The notes under the pieces are model-generated. The model searched no databases. It saw only the letters and a program-made list of their open reading frames with translations, and was not told where the DNA came from. The position numbers and the translations under genes are program-made. Positions 20,380 through 30,700 of a stretch of 64,000 bases of DNA are shown piece after piece (the first letter of the stretch is position 1; every line of letters starts with the position of its first letter). This DNA is from Treponemataceae bacterium (GTDB lineage Bacteria; Spirochaetota; Spirochaetia; Treponematales; Rectinemataceae), in NCBI GenBank assembly GCA_963678065.2, contig CAXXVZ010000005.1, positions 256,001 through 320,000 of the forward strand, in the 5' to 3' direction.

Positions 20380-21828
20380 ATGAATTTCATTCTATCGCCG
20401 CTGCGCCGCTACTTCGGCGCCTACCGGGGCCTTCCCGGTCCCATGTACACCCTCTTCGCGGCCAGCGTCGTCAACGCCGTTGGCATCTTCGTGTTCCCAT
20501 TTCTCACCCTTTACTTGACCGCGAGGCTGGGGATGACGACCGCCCAGGCGGGGACAGTCCTCCTCATGACCTCCCTCGCCTACGTTCCCGGCAACTTCAT
20601 CGGGGGCAAGATAGCGGACAAGCTCGGCCGCAAGAAAGTCATGATCGTCTCGCAGATTCTGTCCGCCCTCATGTACATTCCCTGCGGCTTCCCCTCGCTC
20701 GGCAGGGCCGTGCCCTGGCTCGTCGTCGCGAGCGTCTTCTTCGACGGCATCAGCGACCCGGCGCGATCGGCCATGATGACCGACCTCACGACGCCCGAAA
20801 ACCGCCGTTCCGCCTTTTCCCTCACCTATCTCGGCCACAACCTCGGATTCGCCGTCGGCTCCCTCATCGCGGGATTCCTCTTCGAGGCCGCGCCCTCGTG
20901 GATCTTCTGGGGCAACGCCATCGCTGTCGGCATCGCGACGAGCCTCGTCGCCATCAAGGTTCCCGAGACGAAGCCCACGGCCGAGCAGATCGAGGAAAGT
21001 TACTCCGCCGACTCGACAGAGAAGGGCCACCGAGGCAACCTCTTCTCGGCCCTCGCCTCGAGGCCCTATCTTCTGGCCTTCTCGCTGCTGACGAGCGCCT
21101 ACGGATTCGCCTACGCCCAGCACCGGTTCGCCCTGCCCCTCCAGCTCAAGGCGACATTCGGTCTGCCCGGGCCGGCCATCTTCGGGAGCCTCATGACCCT
21201 GAACGGCTGCCTCGTCATCCTTCTCTCGACCCCGATCATGGCCCTCACGAAAAAATGGAAGCCCGTGAACGCGGTCGCGCTGGCCGGCCTCCTCTTCGGC
21301 GCCGGATTCGGCATGGTCGCCTTCTCGCGCAGCGTCCTTTTCGTCTACATCTCGACTTTCATCTGGACCCTCGGCGAGATCTTCAACGCGACGAACGAGG
21401 GCAGCTACATGGCCAACCATACGCCGATTTCCCACCGCGGGCGCTTCCAGGCCGTCCTGCCCTTCATCCAGGGTATGGGCTTCACGCTGAGCCCGCCCGT
21501 GGCGGGAAAGCTGATTTCCTGGAGAGGCCTCGACTGGGTGTGGGGGCTCGTGGGAGTCGTTTCCGTCTTCGCCGCGGCAGGTCTCTGGATTCTCGGCAAG
21601 GTTGAAGAAGGCGCGCAGAGGAGGAAGGCCGCCAGCGGCACTATCAGAGCTGCTACCGGAGACGCGGCCGGCGGTGCCATCAGAGTTTCCGCCGCAGACG
21701 TGGCCGGCGATGTCGTCAGAGCTGCCGCCGGAAACGCGACAGGGGCCGCCCTCCCAGGAGAAACATACGGGACGGCACTTGACGGAAACCCGTTAAAGGT
21801 TTATAGCGAAAATTCGGAATGTGAATGA
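20380..21828 (+). CDS. MFS transporter (DHA-like efflux family)
   Basis: About 12 TM segments; motif A GGKIADKLGRKKV; low-complexity C-terminal tail. Confidence 0.88.
   Translation: MNFILSPLRRYFGAYRGLPGPMYTLFAASVVNAVGIFVFPFLTLYLTARLGMTTAQAGTVLLMTSLAYVPGNFIGGKIADKLGRKKVMIVSQILSALMYIPCGFPSLGRAVPWLVVASVFFDGISDPARSAMMTDLTTPENRRSAFSLTYLGHNLGFAVGSLIAGFLFEAAPSWIFWGNAIAVGIATSLVAIKVPETKPTAEQIEESYSADSTEKGHRGNLFSALASRPYLLAFSLLTSAYGFAYAQHRFALPLQLKATFGLPGPAIFGSLMTLNGCLVILLSTPIMALTKKWKPVNAVALAGLLFGAGFGMVAFSRSVLFVYISTFIWTLGEIFNATNEGSYMANHTPISHRGRFQAVLPFIQGMGFTLSPPVAGKLISWRGLDWVWGLVGVVSVFAAAGLWILGKVEEGAQRRKAASGTIRAATGDAAGGAIRVSAADVAGDVVRAAAGNATGAALPGETYGTALDGNPLKVYSENSECE
21643..21750 (+). repeat. Three imperfect 36-bp tandem repeats encoding the MFS C-terminal tail
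   Basis: IRAATGDAAGGA / IRVSAADVAGDV / VRAAAGNATGAA. Confidence 0.7.
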
Positions 21829-21912
21829 TTTATCAGAGAGAGCAGAGACGATCCGCGCCGCTCAGGATCGCGGCGCCGCGGACCTGGCGTCCGGGCACGA
21901 AAAAAGAGCCTT

Positions 21913-21987
21913 TGGTGGGCGATATTGGATTTGAACCAATGACTTCTACCGTGTGAAGGTAGCACTCTCCCACTGAGTTAATCGCCC
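21913..21987 (-). tRNA. tRNA-Val (anticodon CAC), CCA encoded
   Basis: GGGCGATTAACTCAGTGGGAGAGTGCTACCTT-CAC-ACGGTAGAAGTCATTGGTTCAAATCCAATATCGCCCACCA folds as a cloverleaf. Confidence 0.97.
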
Positions 21988-22020
21988 ACCAAAGGCTCTC
22001 CGGGTTTCGATGCGGGGATG

Positions 22021-22049
22021 ATCCTATCATCCTGACAAATCGGTGTCAA
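22021..22049 (-). promoter_or_regulatory. Promoter of tRNA-Val
   Basis: TTGACA-17 nt-TAGGAT with extended TG. Confidence 0.65.
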
Positions 22050-22113
22050 GGACCGACACTTTGACAGCTCTTTGATCCTTCCGGCGGATCGGGGCACAAG
22101 GCAGGAACTTTCG

Positions 22114-22752
22114 ATGCACATGCGCATGGATAGAAGAGAATCCGGAATCGTATATCGGAAAGCCCGACAGCGCCCATCCGCCGAAGTTCTCAGGATGGAG
22201 CTCCTCCGGAAAAGCATACACCTCCTCGTCGTCCTCGTGCCCTCCATGGCTGCGCTGGATCGCGACGTCACGATAGCCATCCTGGGAGCTGGAGTCGTTT
22301 CCTACGTCCTCTTCGAGTCCCTCAGACAGAGCGGCCGTGAAGTGCCGCTCGTATCCCGGCTGACCGTCCTCTCGGCCCGCAAGCGCGACGAGGGGAAGTT
22401 CATCATGGGCCCCGTGACTCTCGGGACAGGGGCCCTCCTCTCGATCCTCCTGTTCCCGCCTCAGGCGGCCGCCGTGGCCATCTACGCCCTCGGTTTCGGG
22501 GACGGACTTTCGAGCCTGGTCGGACGCTTTTTCGGGGGAACCGAGTTGCCGCTGACCCGGGGCAAATCGCTCGAGGGCTCCTTCACCTGTTTCGTCGCCG
22601 TGTTCGCATCGGCGATCGCCGTGACCGGCAAACCCCTGTCATGCCTTCCGGTGGCTGTGATCGCGACTATCGTGGAGGCGATTCCGGCAAAAGACTACGA
22701 CAACATCGTCCTTCCTCTCGCCACAGGGCTCGTCGCCCTCATCTTTCTCTGA
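22114..22752 (+). CDS. Phytol/dolichol kinase-like (CTP_transf_1 family) membrane protein
   Basis: ELLRKSIH, GFGDGLSSLVG, KSLEGS, DNIVLP; start uncertain. Confidence 0.82.
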   Translation: MHMRMDRRESGIVYRKARQRPSAEVLRMELLRKSIHLLVVLVPSMAALDRDVTIAILGAGVVSYVLFESLRQSGREVPLVSRLTVLSARKRDEGKFIMGPVTLGTGALLSILLFPPQAAAVAIYALGFGDGLSSLVGRFFGGTELPLTRGKSLEGSFTCFVAVFASAIAVTGKPLSCLPVAVIATIVEAIPAKDYDNIVLPLATGLVALIFL

Positions 22753-22789
22753 AAGGGGCCGGACGCCGGGAGCGGAACAGGCCCCGGGC

Positions 22790-23617
22790 TCACTGCCAGA
22801 GATAGTACTCGTGCAGGCGGGAGACGAAGAGCCATGAGCCGGCGCAGGCCAGAATGAACCCCGCGCCCAGGAGCCAGGGATTCCACGAGGCGGAGAGCAG
22901 CCGCGCGCCCGCGATGGAAGCCGCGCAGGCGAGGGCGATGAGCCCGAATGTTTTTTCTCCCCTCACGTGGACGGCCCCGAGGTAGTTCAGGACGGACATC
23001 AGTCCGAGGAGATAGAAAAACCACTCATTGAGGGAGCGGTAGCCCGGCTTGAGTTCGAGGGTGTGCAGGTAGGTCCCGGTGTTCAGCGGCATGATCACGG
23101 CGAGTCCGATGGACGCGGCCAGGATGATCAGGATGTTCGCGCCGTGCTTCTCGTTCCGGAGACCGGCGGCGTAGACCCCGGACATGAAGACGGAGAGGGA
23201 GCCAGCGTAGCGGGCGCCGAAGAGGACTTTTGTGAGCGCGAGCTGGAGGGAGTCGGGGTAGCCGCGCGCCGCCATGACATAGACAGCCAGCCTGAGTATC
23301 TCGAAGGACAGAGAGGCGATCCAGAACGAGAAAAAGAATATCTCGGCCGAAACAGTCTTCCGGAACGAGGCCAGGATGAAACTCAGGGTTAGGACGGATA
23401 CGAGGGCGGGGAGTCCGGCGCCGATCGCCGCGAGCGTGTAAGAGGGAATGGCACCCGCTCCGATCCTGAAAAGGCCGTACGCATCCGAGCGCAGGAGAAA
23501 ATCCGGCATGACCGGCTTTTTGAGTATGCCGAGCGACAGAAGACAGTAGGCCGCGAAGAGCACGGAGGAGACGAGAAAGAGGCTCCAGTAGGTTTTTCGC
23601 CGCGCCGAGATGGTCAT
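22790..23617 (-). CDS. Hypothetical multi-pass membrane protein
   Basis: About 8 hydrophobic segments; typical codon usage. Confidence 0.7.
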   Translation of the reverse strand: MTISARRKTYWSLFLVSSVLFAAYCLLSLGILKKPVMPDFLLRSDAYGLFRIGAGAIPSYTLAAIGAGLPALVSVLTLSFILASFRKTVSAEIFFFSFWIASLSFEILRLAVYVMAARGYPDSLQLALTKVLFGARYAGSLSVFMSGVYAAGLRNEKHGANILIILAASIGLAVIMPLNTGTYLHTLELKPGYRSLNEWFFYLLGLMSVLNYLGAVHVRGEKTFGLIALACAASIAGARLLSASWNPWLLGAGFILACAGSWLFVSRLHEYYLWQ

Positions 23618-23733
23618 GGAGGCAAGCATACCTCGACTTGCCTGTCGCGGGCAATTCGGATATAGTTCATTACTCCATAAAACAACCGCCTCCGGACAAC
23701 GCGGAGGCGAATCATCCTGTCAGAGGTAGGAAA

Positions 23734-25200
23734 ATGGCCGAAAAGATCACCAGCCGCGAAACCGACTACTCGCAGTGGTACATCGACATAGTTCTCAAGG
23801 CGAAACTGGCCGATTATTCACCGGTCAAGGGCTGCATGGTGATCCGACCCCGCGGCTACGCGATCTGGGAGCGCATCCAGGCGGAGTTCGACAAGCGTTT
23901 CAAGGAAACCGGGCACCAGAACGCATACTTCCCCCTCCTCATCCCCATGAGCTTCCTCAAGAAGGAAGCCGAACACGTCGAGGGCTTCGCCCCCGAGCTC
24001 GCTGTCGTCACTCACGGCGGCGGCGAGGAGCTCGACGAGCCCTACTGCATCCGCCCCACGAGCGAGACCATCATCTGGTCGATGTACAAGAACTGGGTCC
24101 AGTCCTGGCGCGACCTTCCCCTCCTCATCAACCAGTGGGCCAACGTCATGCGCTGGGAGAAGCGCACGCGCCTCTTCCTTCGAACCGCGGAATTCCTCTG
24201 GCAGGAAGGCCACACGGCCCATGAGACCGAGAAGGAGGCCGTCGACGAAACCCTGAAGATGCTCGAGGTCTACCGCTCGGTGGCGGAAAACCACCTCTGC
24301 CTCCCCGTCGTCGCAGGCATCAAGAGCGATTCCGAGAAGTTCGCGGGCGCCGTCCGCACCTACTCCATCGAGGCCATGATGCAGGACAAGAAGGCCCTGC
24401 AGGCCGGCACAAGCCACTTCCTCGGCCAGAACTTCGCCAAGGCCTTCGATGTGACCTTCCAGACTCGCGAAGGCAAGCTCGACCACGTCTGGGCGACGAG
24501 CTGGGGCGTGTCCACCCGCCTCGTGGGCGCCGTCATCATGACTCACTCCGACGACAAGGGCCTCGTCCTGCCCCCGAGCCTCTCGCCCGAGGAAGTCGTC
24601 ATCGTCCCCATCTACAAGAATGACACCAAGGCAGCTGTACTCGCCTACGGCGACGGCCTCGTGGCCAGGCTCAAGGAAGCCGGCATCCGCGTCGCCTTCG
24701 ACACCGACGACTCCTCCTCGCCCGGCTGGAAGTTCGCCGAGTGGGAGATGAAGGGCACGCCCCTTCGCATCGAGATGGGTCCCCGCGACATCGCCGAGAA
24801 CAAGGTCATCATGGCCAGGCGCGACACCGGCGAGAAGATCGTCGTCCCCGCGGCCGAAGTTCCCGCAAAGGCGCGCGAACTCCTCGACGCCATTCAGACG
24901 AACCTTCGCGAGCGCGCACGGGCCTACCGCGACGCGAACACGAAACCCATCGCCGATATGGAAGGCATGAAGGCATTCTTCGGCCTCGCAGCTGAGGAAG
25001 CCGCCGGAGCGAGCGCCTCCAAGGGCGGATTCGCCGAAGCCCTCTGGTGCGGTTCTCCCGAGTGCGAGGCCGCGCTCAAGAAAGACACTAAGGCCACACT
25101 GCGCAACATGCCCCTCGACCGTCAGGAAAATATCGAGGGATGCTGTGCGCTCTGCGGAGCCCCCGCGAAGCACAGGGCGATTTTCGCCAGGAATTACTGA
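23734..25200 (+). CDS. proS: Proline-tRNA ligase, archaeal/eukaryote type
   Basis: [48 protein letters not shown]-terminal Cys/Zn domain; no INS domain. Confidence 0.96.
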   Translation: MAEKITSRETDYSQWYIDIVLKAKLADYSPVKGCMVIRPRGYAIWERIQAEFDKRFKETGHQNAYFPLLIPMSFLKKEAEHVEGFAPELAVVTHGGGEELDEPYCIRPTSETIIWSMYKNWVQSWRDLPLLINQWANVMRWEKRTRLFLRTAEFLWQEGHTAHETEKEAVDETLKMLEVYRSVAENHLCLPVVAGIKSDSEKFAGAVRTYSIEAMMQDKKALQAGTSHFLGQNFAKAFDVTFQTREGKLDHVWATSWGVSTRLVGAVIMTHSDDKGLVLPPSLSPEEVVIVPIYKNDTKAAVLAYGDGLVARLKEAGIRVAFDTDDSSSPGWKFAEWEMKGTPLRIEMGPRDIAENKVIMARRDTGEKIVVPAAEVPAKARELLDAIQTNLRERARAYRDANTKPIADMEGMKAFFGLAAEEAAGASASKGGFAEALWCGSPECEAALKKDTKATLRNMPLDRQENIEGCCALCGAPAKHRAIFARNY

Positions 25201-25221
25201 GCTTTCAACAATTCAAAAGGG

Positions 25222-25264
25222 AAAGGCCCCGGCTTGACTGATGCCGGGGCCTTTTCTTTTTTTT
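25222..25264 (+). terminator. Rho-independent terminator (likely bidirectional)
   Basis: AAAGGCCCCGGC-loop-GCCGGGGCCTTT followed by a T-run. Confidence 0.85.
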
Positions 25265-25283
25265 CGGGATCCCCCGGCGCCGA

Positions 25284-25652
25284 TCAGGGCGACCAGGAAA
25301 CAGTCTCCGGCGAGGCGCCCCAGAGGTCATCGAGATAGAGCCTGACATCGTTCTGGATGCCGGGCTCCAGGGTATACTGGGCCTGAGCGATGTAGGAAGA
25401 TCCTGACTCGCCGGGCTTGGCGAAACGTCCAAGCGCGAACCCCGCGCACAGCGCGAGGCAGGCCGCGGCCGCGTAGGGGAGGATGCGAGCGATCCGGCTC
25501 CGGACACTGGAGGGATGGCGCAAGATCCGGCCGGGCGCATCCTTGCGGAGAATTCCGTAGACCTTCTCGAAATCCGGACGGGGAGCCGCGACCCTCCGGG
25601 CTTCCGCTTCGAGGCGCCGGCCGATTCCGGAACCGCCTTCCTCCTCACGCAT
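25284..25652 (-). CDS. Single-TM protein, putative anti-sigma factor
   Basis: Overlaps the ECF sigma stop; one TM segment (PYAAAACLALCAGFALG). Confidence 0.6.
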   Translation of the reverse strand: MREEEGGSGIGRRLEAEARRVAAPRPDFEKVYGILRKDAPGRILRHPSSVRSRIARILPYAAAACLALCAGFALGRFAKPGESGSSYIAQAQYTLEPGIQNDVRLYLDDLWGASPETVSWSP

Positions 25653-26301
25653 GATCTTCCTCCTTCAGCATATCCGCGAGCCTCGCGCGGATGCGGGACA
25701 AGCGGGACTTCACTGTTCCCTCGGGCAAACTGAAAACGCCCGCGAGTTCGCGCGTTCGGAGGCCTTCCGCGTCCTTGAGGTAGACGAGGGCGCGCTCGTC
25801 TGCCTTCAATCTGGCCATGGCCCGTACGAGGGCATGGTCTGCCTCTTTCCTGAGGAATTCGTCCTCGGGACCGGGAAGGACCATCGCGGCTCCAAAGCCT
25901 CCGGAGGTATCCGCCAGGTCCTTCTCTTCGGGAAGGGGGATGGTCCTCTTCCGTTCGCGGACTGTCCTCCTGATGAGGTCGATCGAAGCGTTGCGGCAGA
26001 TCCGGTAGACGAAGGTTCCGAACGACGAGTCCTCCCTGAATCGAGGCAAGGCCTGATACAGACGCAGGAGGGCGTCCTGGGCGGCGTCCTCCGCCATCCG
26101 CTCGTCGAACCCGACGGCGGCGGCGCAGAATTTGCCGATTCTCGCCCACCAGCGGCGGGCGAGAATCTCGAAGGCCGAGCGGTCGCCCGCGGCGGCAAAG
26201 GAGACGAGCTCGTCGTCAGACGCCGCCTGCCTTGCACATCTGCCTCGGCCGGAAAGACCGGGCTGAAGCCCGGCTCCGGAGACGGGTCCCGTCGAGCCCA
26301 C
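25645..26301 (-). CDS. ECF RNA polymerase sigma factor (start uncertain)
   Basis: Region 2 AEDAAQDALLRLY...FGTFVYRICRN; region 4 GTVKSRLSR. Confidence 0.88.
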   Translation of the reverse strand: MGSTGPVSGAGLQPGLSGRGRCARQAASDDELVSFAAAGDRSAFEILARRWWARIGKFCAAAVGFDERMAEDAAQDALLRLYQALPRFREDSSFGTFVYRICRNASIDLIRRTVRERKRTIPLPEEKDLADTSGGFGAAMVLPGPEDEFLRKEADHALVRAMARLKADERALVYLKDAEGLRTRELAGVFSLPEGTVKSRLSRIRARLADMLKEEDHA

Positions 26302-26318
26302 GCCTTCCGCTCCCAGCG

Positions 26319-26837
26319 CTAGTTGAGGCGCCTGAGAAGGAGGAACAGTTTCGTCCACTTGTCGAAGTCCTTGCGGCTGATGCCGTTCCTGTCCATCATC
26401 TGCATCATCATCTGGGGATTGGCGACCTGCCTGAACTCGCGCCAGATCCTGAACATGAGGCTCCAGCGCTCATCGCCCACGATCTGGCGAATGGCGACCT
26501 GCCTTTCGATCTGAGCCATGCGGACCTTGTACTCCCAATCGAGGCTCTCCTTCACGAGGGCTCCGATCTGCTCAGTGGAAGGATCCTTTTCCAGCATGAG
26601 CCGCGCGACTTTGGCCTGGACAACCTGGATCTCCGCCTTGGCTTTGGCGATGGCTTCCTCGCTGGTCTTGAGCACTTCCTCGATTTTGTCGATTTCCGCC
26701 TGCTCCAGCTTGAAATCACGGAGAGCGGAGCCCATGGGGGCCCCTTTTCCGCGCATGCCTTGGGCTCCCGCAACAGAAGTCCCCGCGAAGGCGATGGCCA
26801 GAACCATCGCGACAACAATCATCCTCTTGACTCTCAT
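26319..26837 (-). CDS. Exported helical Spy/CpxP-like protein
   Basis: Signal peptide, G/M-rich N-terminus, amphipathic helices, ...IRQIVGDERW. Confidence 0.65.
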   Translation of the reverse strand: MRVKRMIVVAMVLAIAFAGTSVAGAQGMRGKGAPMGSALRDFKLEQAEIDKIEEVLKTSEEAIAKAKAEIQVVQAKVARLMLEKDPSTEQIGALVKESLDWEYKVRMAQIERQVAIRQIVGDERWSLMFRIWREFRQVANPQMMMQMMDRNGISRKDFDKWTKLFLLLRRLN

Positions 26838-26901
26838 GGACGACTCCCGAAAACCAGAATCCGGCTTCAGTATGATGCCGTGACAGGGGAACGCACAAGG
26901 T

Positions 26902-26960
26902 TCACGATGGAGTCGCCACGATGGAGTCGCGTCGGCTCCATCGTGGCGATTCCGCCGTGA
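26902..26960. repeat. 28-bp-arm imperfect palindrome built from a duplicated 14-bp unit
   Basis: CACGATGGAGTCGC twice, followed by its near reverse complement. Confidence 0.75.
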
Positions 26961-27153
26961 CGGCCCTGTCGCACCGATGCTGTCGAAAGTTTAGTCGAAG
27001 GCCGCGGGCCTTTGGTTCCGTGAAATCCGAAGTTTTTCAAGGCTCATCCGGAGCCCGGGAAGGAAGTGGTCTTCCGCATAGGCTCACTAATGGATTCACC
27101 GCATGGGCTCGCCACATGTTGCGGTGGCGGCTCTCCGGGTGTACGATGCTGAC

Positions 27154-27693
27154 ATGGAATATGCAGTCATAACCGCCGTCGGTCCCGACCGGCGCGGCAT
27201 AATGGACGATCTCGCGGAAAGCGTGACATCCTGCGGCGCGAACATCGAAGAGACGAAGGCCTCCATCCTCGGAGGAGAGTTCGCCGTCATCATGCTGGTC
27301 TCCGGCCCCGCCGAGGCGGTGGAAAAGCTCCGGGCGACAATGCCGGCCGAGTTCGCGGACAAGGCCCTCGCCGTTTCGGTGCGGCTGACGGACGGCCCCG
27401 TCCGCCCCCGCGGGCTGCCCTACATGATCGAGTCCGTCTCTCTCGACACGCCCGGAATCGTGCGCGCCGTCACGGGAGTCCTGCGGGTCCACGGGATCAA
27501 CATCGAGGAGCTCGAATCGGTGGCGGAGGCCGCCCCTCTCTCCGGGACCCCGCTTTTCAGAATGCGCATCCGCATCAACATCACCCCCGGCGCGCGCCTC
27601 ACCGCGCTCAGGGAGGATCTCGCAAAAAAAGCCGAGGAACACGATCTCGACATCTCCGTGAAGCCCTGCCTGCAGAGTGTACCGGAAGCCTGA
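27154..27693 (+). CDS. Tandem-ACT-domain protein (GcvR-like)
   Basis: ITAVGPDRRGIM...NIEE and SLDTPGIV...INIEEL ACT repeats. Confidence 0.82.
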   Translation: MEYAVITAVGPDRRGIMDDLAESVTSCGANIEETKASILGGEFAVIMLVSGPAEAVEKLRATMPAEFADKALAVSVRLTDGPVRPRGLPYMIESVSLDTPGIVRAVTGVLRVHGINIEELESVAEAAPLSGTPLFRMRIRINITPGARLTALREDLAKKAEEHDLDISVKPCLQSVPEA

Positions 27694-27759
27694 CCGCCGA
27701 CAGAAACGCAGCCGCAGGCCCTGCCGGGGTCTGCGGCTTTCGCATCCCTCAAGGAAATC

Positions 27760-30700
27760 ATGACCAATCCTTTTGACAGCCCGAATCCATGGGAACAGCC
27801 TGGGCTCAGTTCGAAATCCCGATTGCCCATGCACGGGCCGGAATATCCCTTCCCCGAAGCGGCCGCGGCGCGGCTCGACGCGGCGGGCGGACCGAAAAGC
27901 CGCGATGCCGGCGGTCTGCCTGCGGGCAATCCCTGGGTCATGTGCCTCGACGGAAACTGGAACTTCCGGCTCGCGGACAATCCCGGAGCCCTTCCTCCCG
28001 GCGCGACAGATCCCGGCCTCGAGGATTCGGCCTGGAGTCTCATCCGGGTGCCGGGCTCCTGGAGCCTCCAGGGCTTCGACAGGCCGCATTACACCAACGT
28101 GGTCATGCCCTTCGGAAATGTCCCGCCCTCCTCTCCCGCGCACAATCCGACCGGGATCTACCGCCGCCGTTTCGACCTGCCCGAGGTATGGAAGGGACGA
28201 CGCGTCGTGCTCAAGGTCGGAAGCGCCGAGAGTTTTCTCGGTGTCTACCTCAACGGGCGGGAAATCGGTTTCTCCAAAGATTCCCGGCTCCCCGCGGAAT
28301 TCGATCTCACAGCCGCCATCTCGGAGAGTGAAAACCTCCTCGTCCTCGTCGTCGCGCGCTATTCCGATTCCTCTTTCGTCGAGGACCAGGACCAGTGGTG
28401 GCTCGGCGGCCTGCACCGGAGCGTCGCACTCTACAGCACGGACTCGGTCTGGATCGCCGATATCGACGCGCGCGCCGTTCCAGTCTCTCCGGGTGCGAAC
28501 TCCCTGGTCGACGCGGCTGGCCGCGCCGCCGCCGGCCATGTGCAGCTGCAGGTGAAACTGGGTTTCGCCTTCGACCCCGCCGCGGCCGATCTGCCCCCCG
28601 GCGCCGCGCCGACGGACTACGCGGGTCCCGCCACGGGATACGCGCGCCCGCGCGGCGACTATACCGTGAGGGCCTCTCTTTTCGATTCCGAAGACCTGTT
28701 CCAGGCCGCGCCCCTTTCGTCCGGGAACCTGCCGACGGATGCCCGGAATGTCGCAAAGGCCGTGGGGACGGCGACCATGTCCATCGGCCGCTACTACCGC
28801 GCGAGCCGCTGGGAAGGGAGCCTCTGTATCCCCGTGGACAGGCCCGCAGTCTGGAGCCACGAAAACCCGGCCCTCTACACTCTGGTCCTCAGTCTCGTCG
28901 ATCCCGAAGGCCGAACGATCGAGCACAGAGCCCTGCGCCTCGGTTTCCGCACGGTCGAGGTCGCGGACCGCGCCCTCCTCATCAACGGGAAGCGAGTCCT
29001 CATCAGAGGAGCCAACCGCCACGAGCACGATGAGAGGACCGGCAAGACCCTCTCCACAGCCGGCATGGTCAGGGACATCGAGCTCCTGAAGCGCCACAAC
29101 TTCAACGCGGTGCGCACGAGCCACTACCCGAACGACGAGCGCTGGTACGACCTGTGCGACGAGTACGGCATCTACCTCGTCGACGAGGCCAACATCGAGT
29201 CCCACGCCTACTACGACCATCTCTGCCGGGACCAGCGCTGGCTTTCCGCCTTCATGGAGCGAGGCTCCCGCATGGTCCTGCGGGACAGGAACCACCCCTC
29301 TGTCATCGCTTGGTCCCTCGGCAACGAGTCCGGCTGCGGTCCCAACCACGAGGCCCTCGCCGCCTGGATCAGGAGCGTCGACCCGACGCGTCCCATCCAC
29401 TACGAGGGGGCGGTGCGTCAGGAATGGGGCCAGGGTCCCTACGACCTCGAGTCCCTCAAGCGCGGCCGGGCGGCCACGGACATCGTCGCGCCTATGTATC
29501 CGCCCATCGACCTCATCGCGGAGTGGGACCGGACGACAGACGACGACAGGCCCCTCATCATGTGCGAGTACTCGCACGCCATGGGCAACTCCAACGGCAG
29601 CCTCGGCGACTACTGGGAGGCGATCGAGAAGAGCCGCGGCCTCCAGGGTGGCTTCATCTGGGAATGGGCCGACCACGGCATTCTCGTCGGCCCGGGCGGA
29701 GCCGACACGCCGAGCTGCTCCGTCCCTCCGGGCCGCGCCGCAAAAGCCTGGCGCTACGGCGGAGACTTCGGCGACACTCCCTCAGACCTCGACTTCGTCC
29801 TCGACGGCCTCGTTTTCCCGGACAGGTCGGTAAAACCGGCGATGGCCGAGTGCGCGAAGCTCTTCCAGCCCCTGCGATGCTCCAGCGCCGATCCGCGCTC
29901 CGGCATCGTCACCATCGAGAACAGGCGCGATTTCTCCGGGCTCGAGGACCTCGAACTCCGGTGGTCTGTCGTTTCATCCGACCCCGACTTCCCCGACCTC
30001 TCCACCCTCCCCTTCAGCCCTGCGACAGAAGAACGCGCAGATGCACGGAAGAGTCCCGCGCGGGCAGAGAATGGCTCCGTGTCCTCGGGAATCGCCTGTC
30101 TGCCGCGGATCGCGCCCGGCGAGAAGGCCGCGATCAGGATCGGACTGCCGGCCGACGAAGGTTTCAGGCTGATACTCTCGGCTTCGGAGTGCTTCCTCAC
30201 GCTCGAGTTCGCGCTCAAGGAGCCGAGTTCCTGGGCGCCCGCGGGCCACGTCGTCGCCTGGGAGCAGTTCAGGCTTTCGCCGCCAGCCCCGGTCCGCATT
30301 GTCTCCAACAGGGCCAGGACAGCGGCGGGCGAATCCGGAACCGCTCTGCCGGGCGCCTTCGCCCTCACGGCCTTCGAGCCTTGCCTCTTCCGGACGCCCA
30401 CCCAGAACGACGGGCTGCTCAATTTTGTCCCACTGAGGGGAATCCCGGACTTCTCTTTCTATTACACGAACAAGGCTATGTACGGCTGGCTCGATTCGGG
30501 ACTCGACGGAATCAAGGTCGAGGAGTCGGGGGAGGCGTCGGGAGGCTCACGCATCGTGAACGCGGAGGGCCGGAAGATCGGCCGATTCTCGTCATCCTCG
30601 CGGAGCCACGGAGGGCAAAGCTATCTCGCCTTCCGCTTCGACCTGGAGCCGGATCTGCCTGAACTCGCGCGCGTGGGTCTTGCATGCCGCATCGCCCCGG

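Noticed and set aside
20160..20380. Cobalamin, TPP, SRP or 6S RNA assignment for the long leader
   Set aside because: Only fragments resemble these families (GGGAA-stem-CCGC, CCGGAAGG); the B12 box, TPP core and SRP loop consensus are missing
21833..21999. Integrative element attachment site at tRNA-Val
   Set aside because: The duplicated tRNA end is an inverted flank, not a distant direct repeat, and there is no integrase in the window
23734..25200. Archaeal/eukaryote-type ProRS as evidence of recent transfer
   Set aside because: This type is widespread in several bacterial lineages, and its codon usage matches the host
26902..26960. CRISPR array
   Set aside because: Only two adjacent units plus their inverse; no spacers and no cas genes
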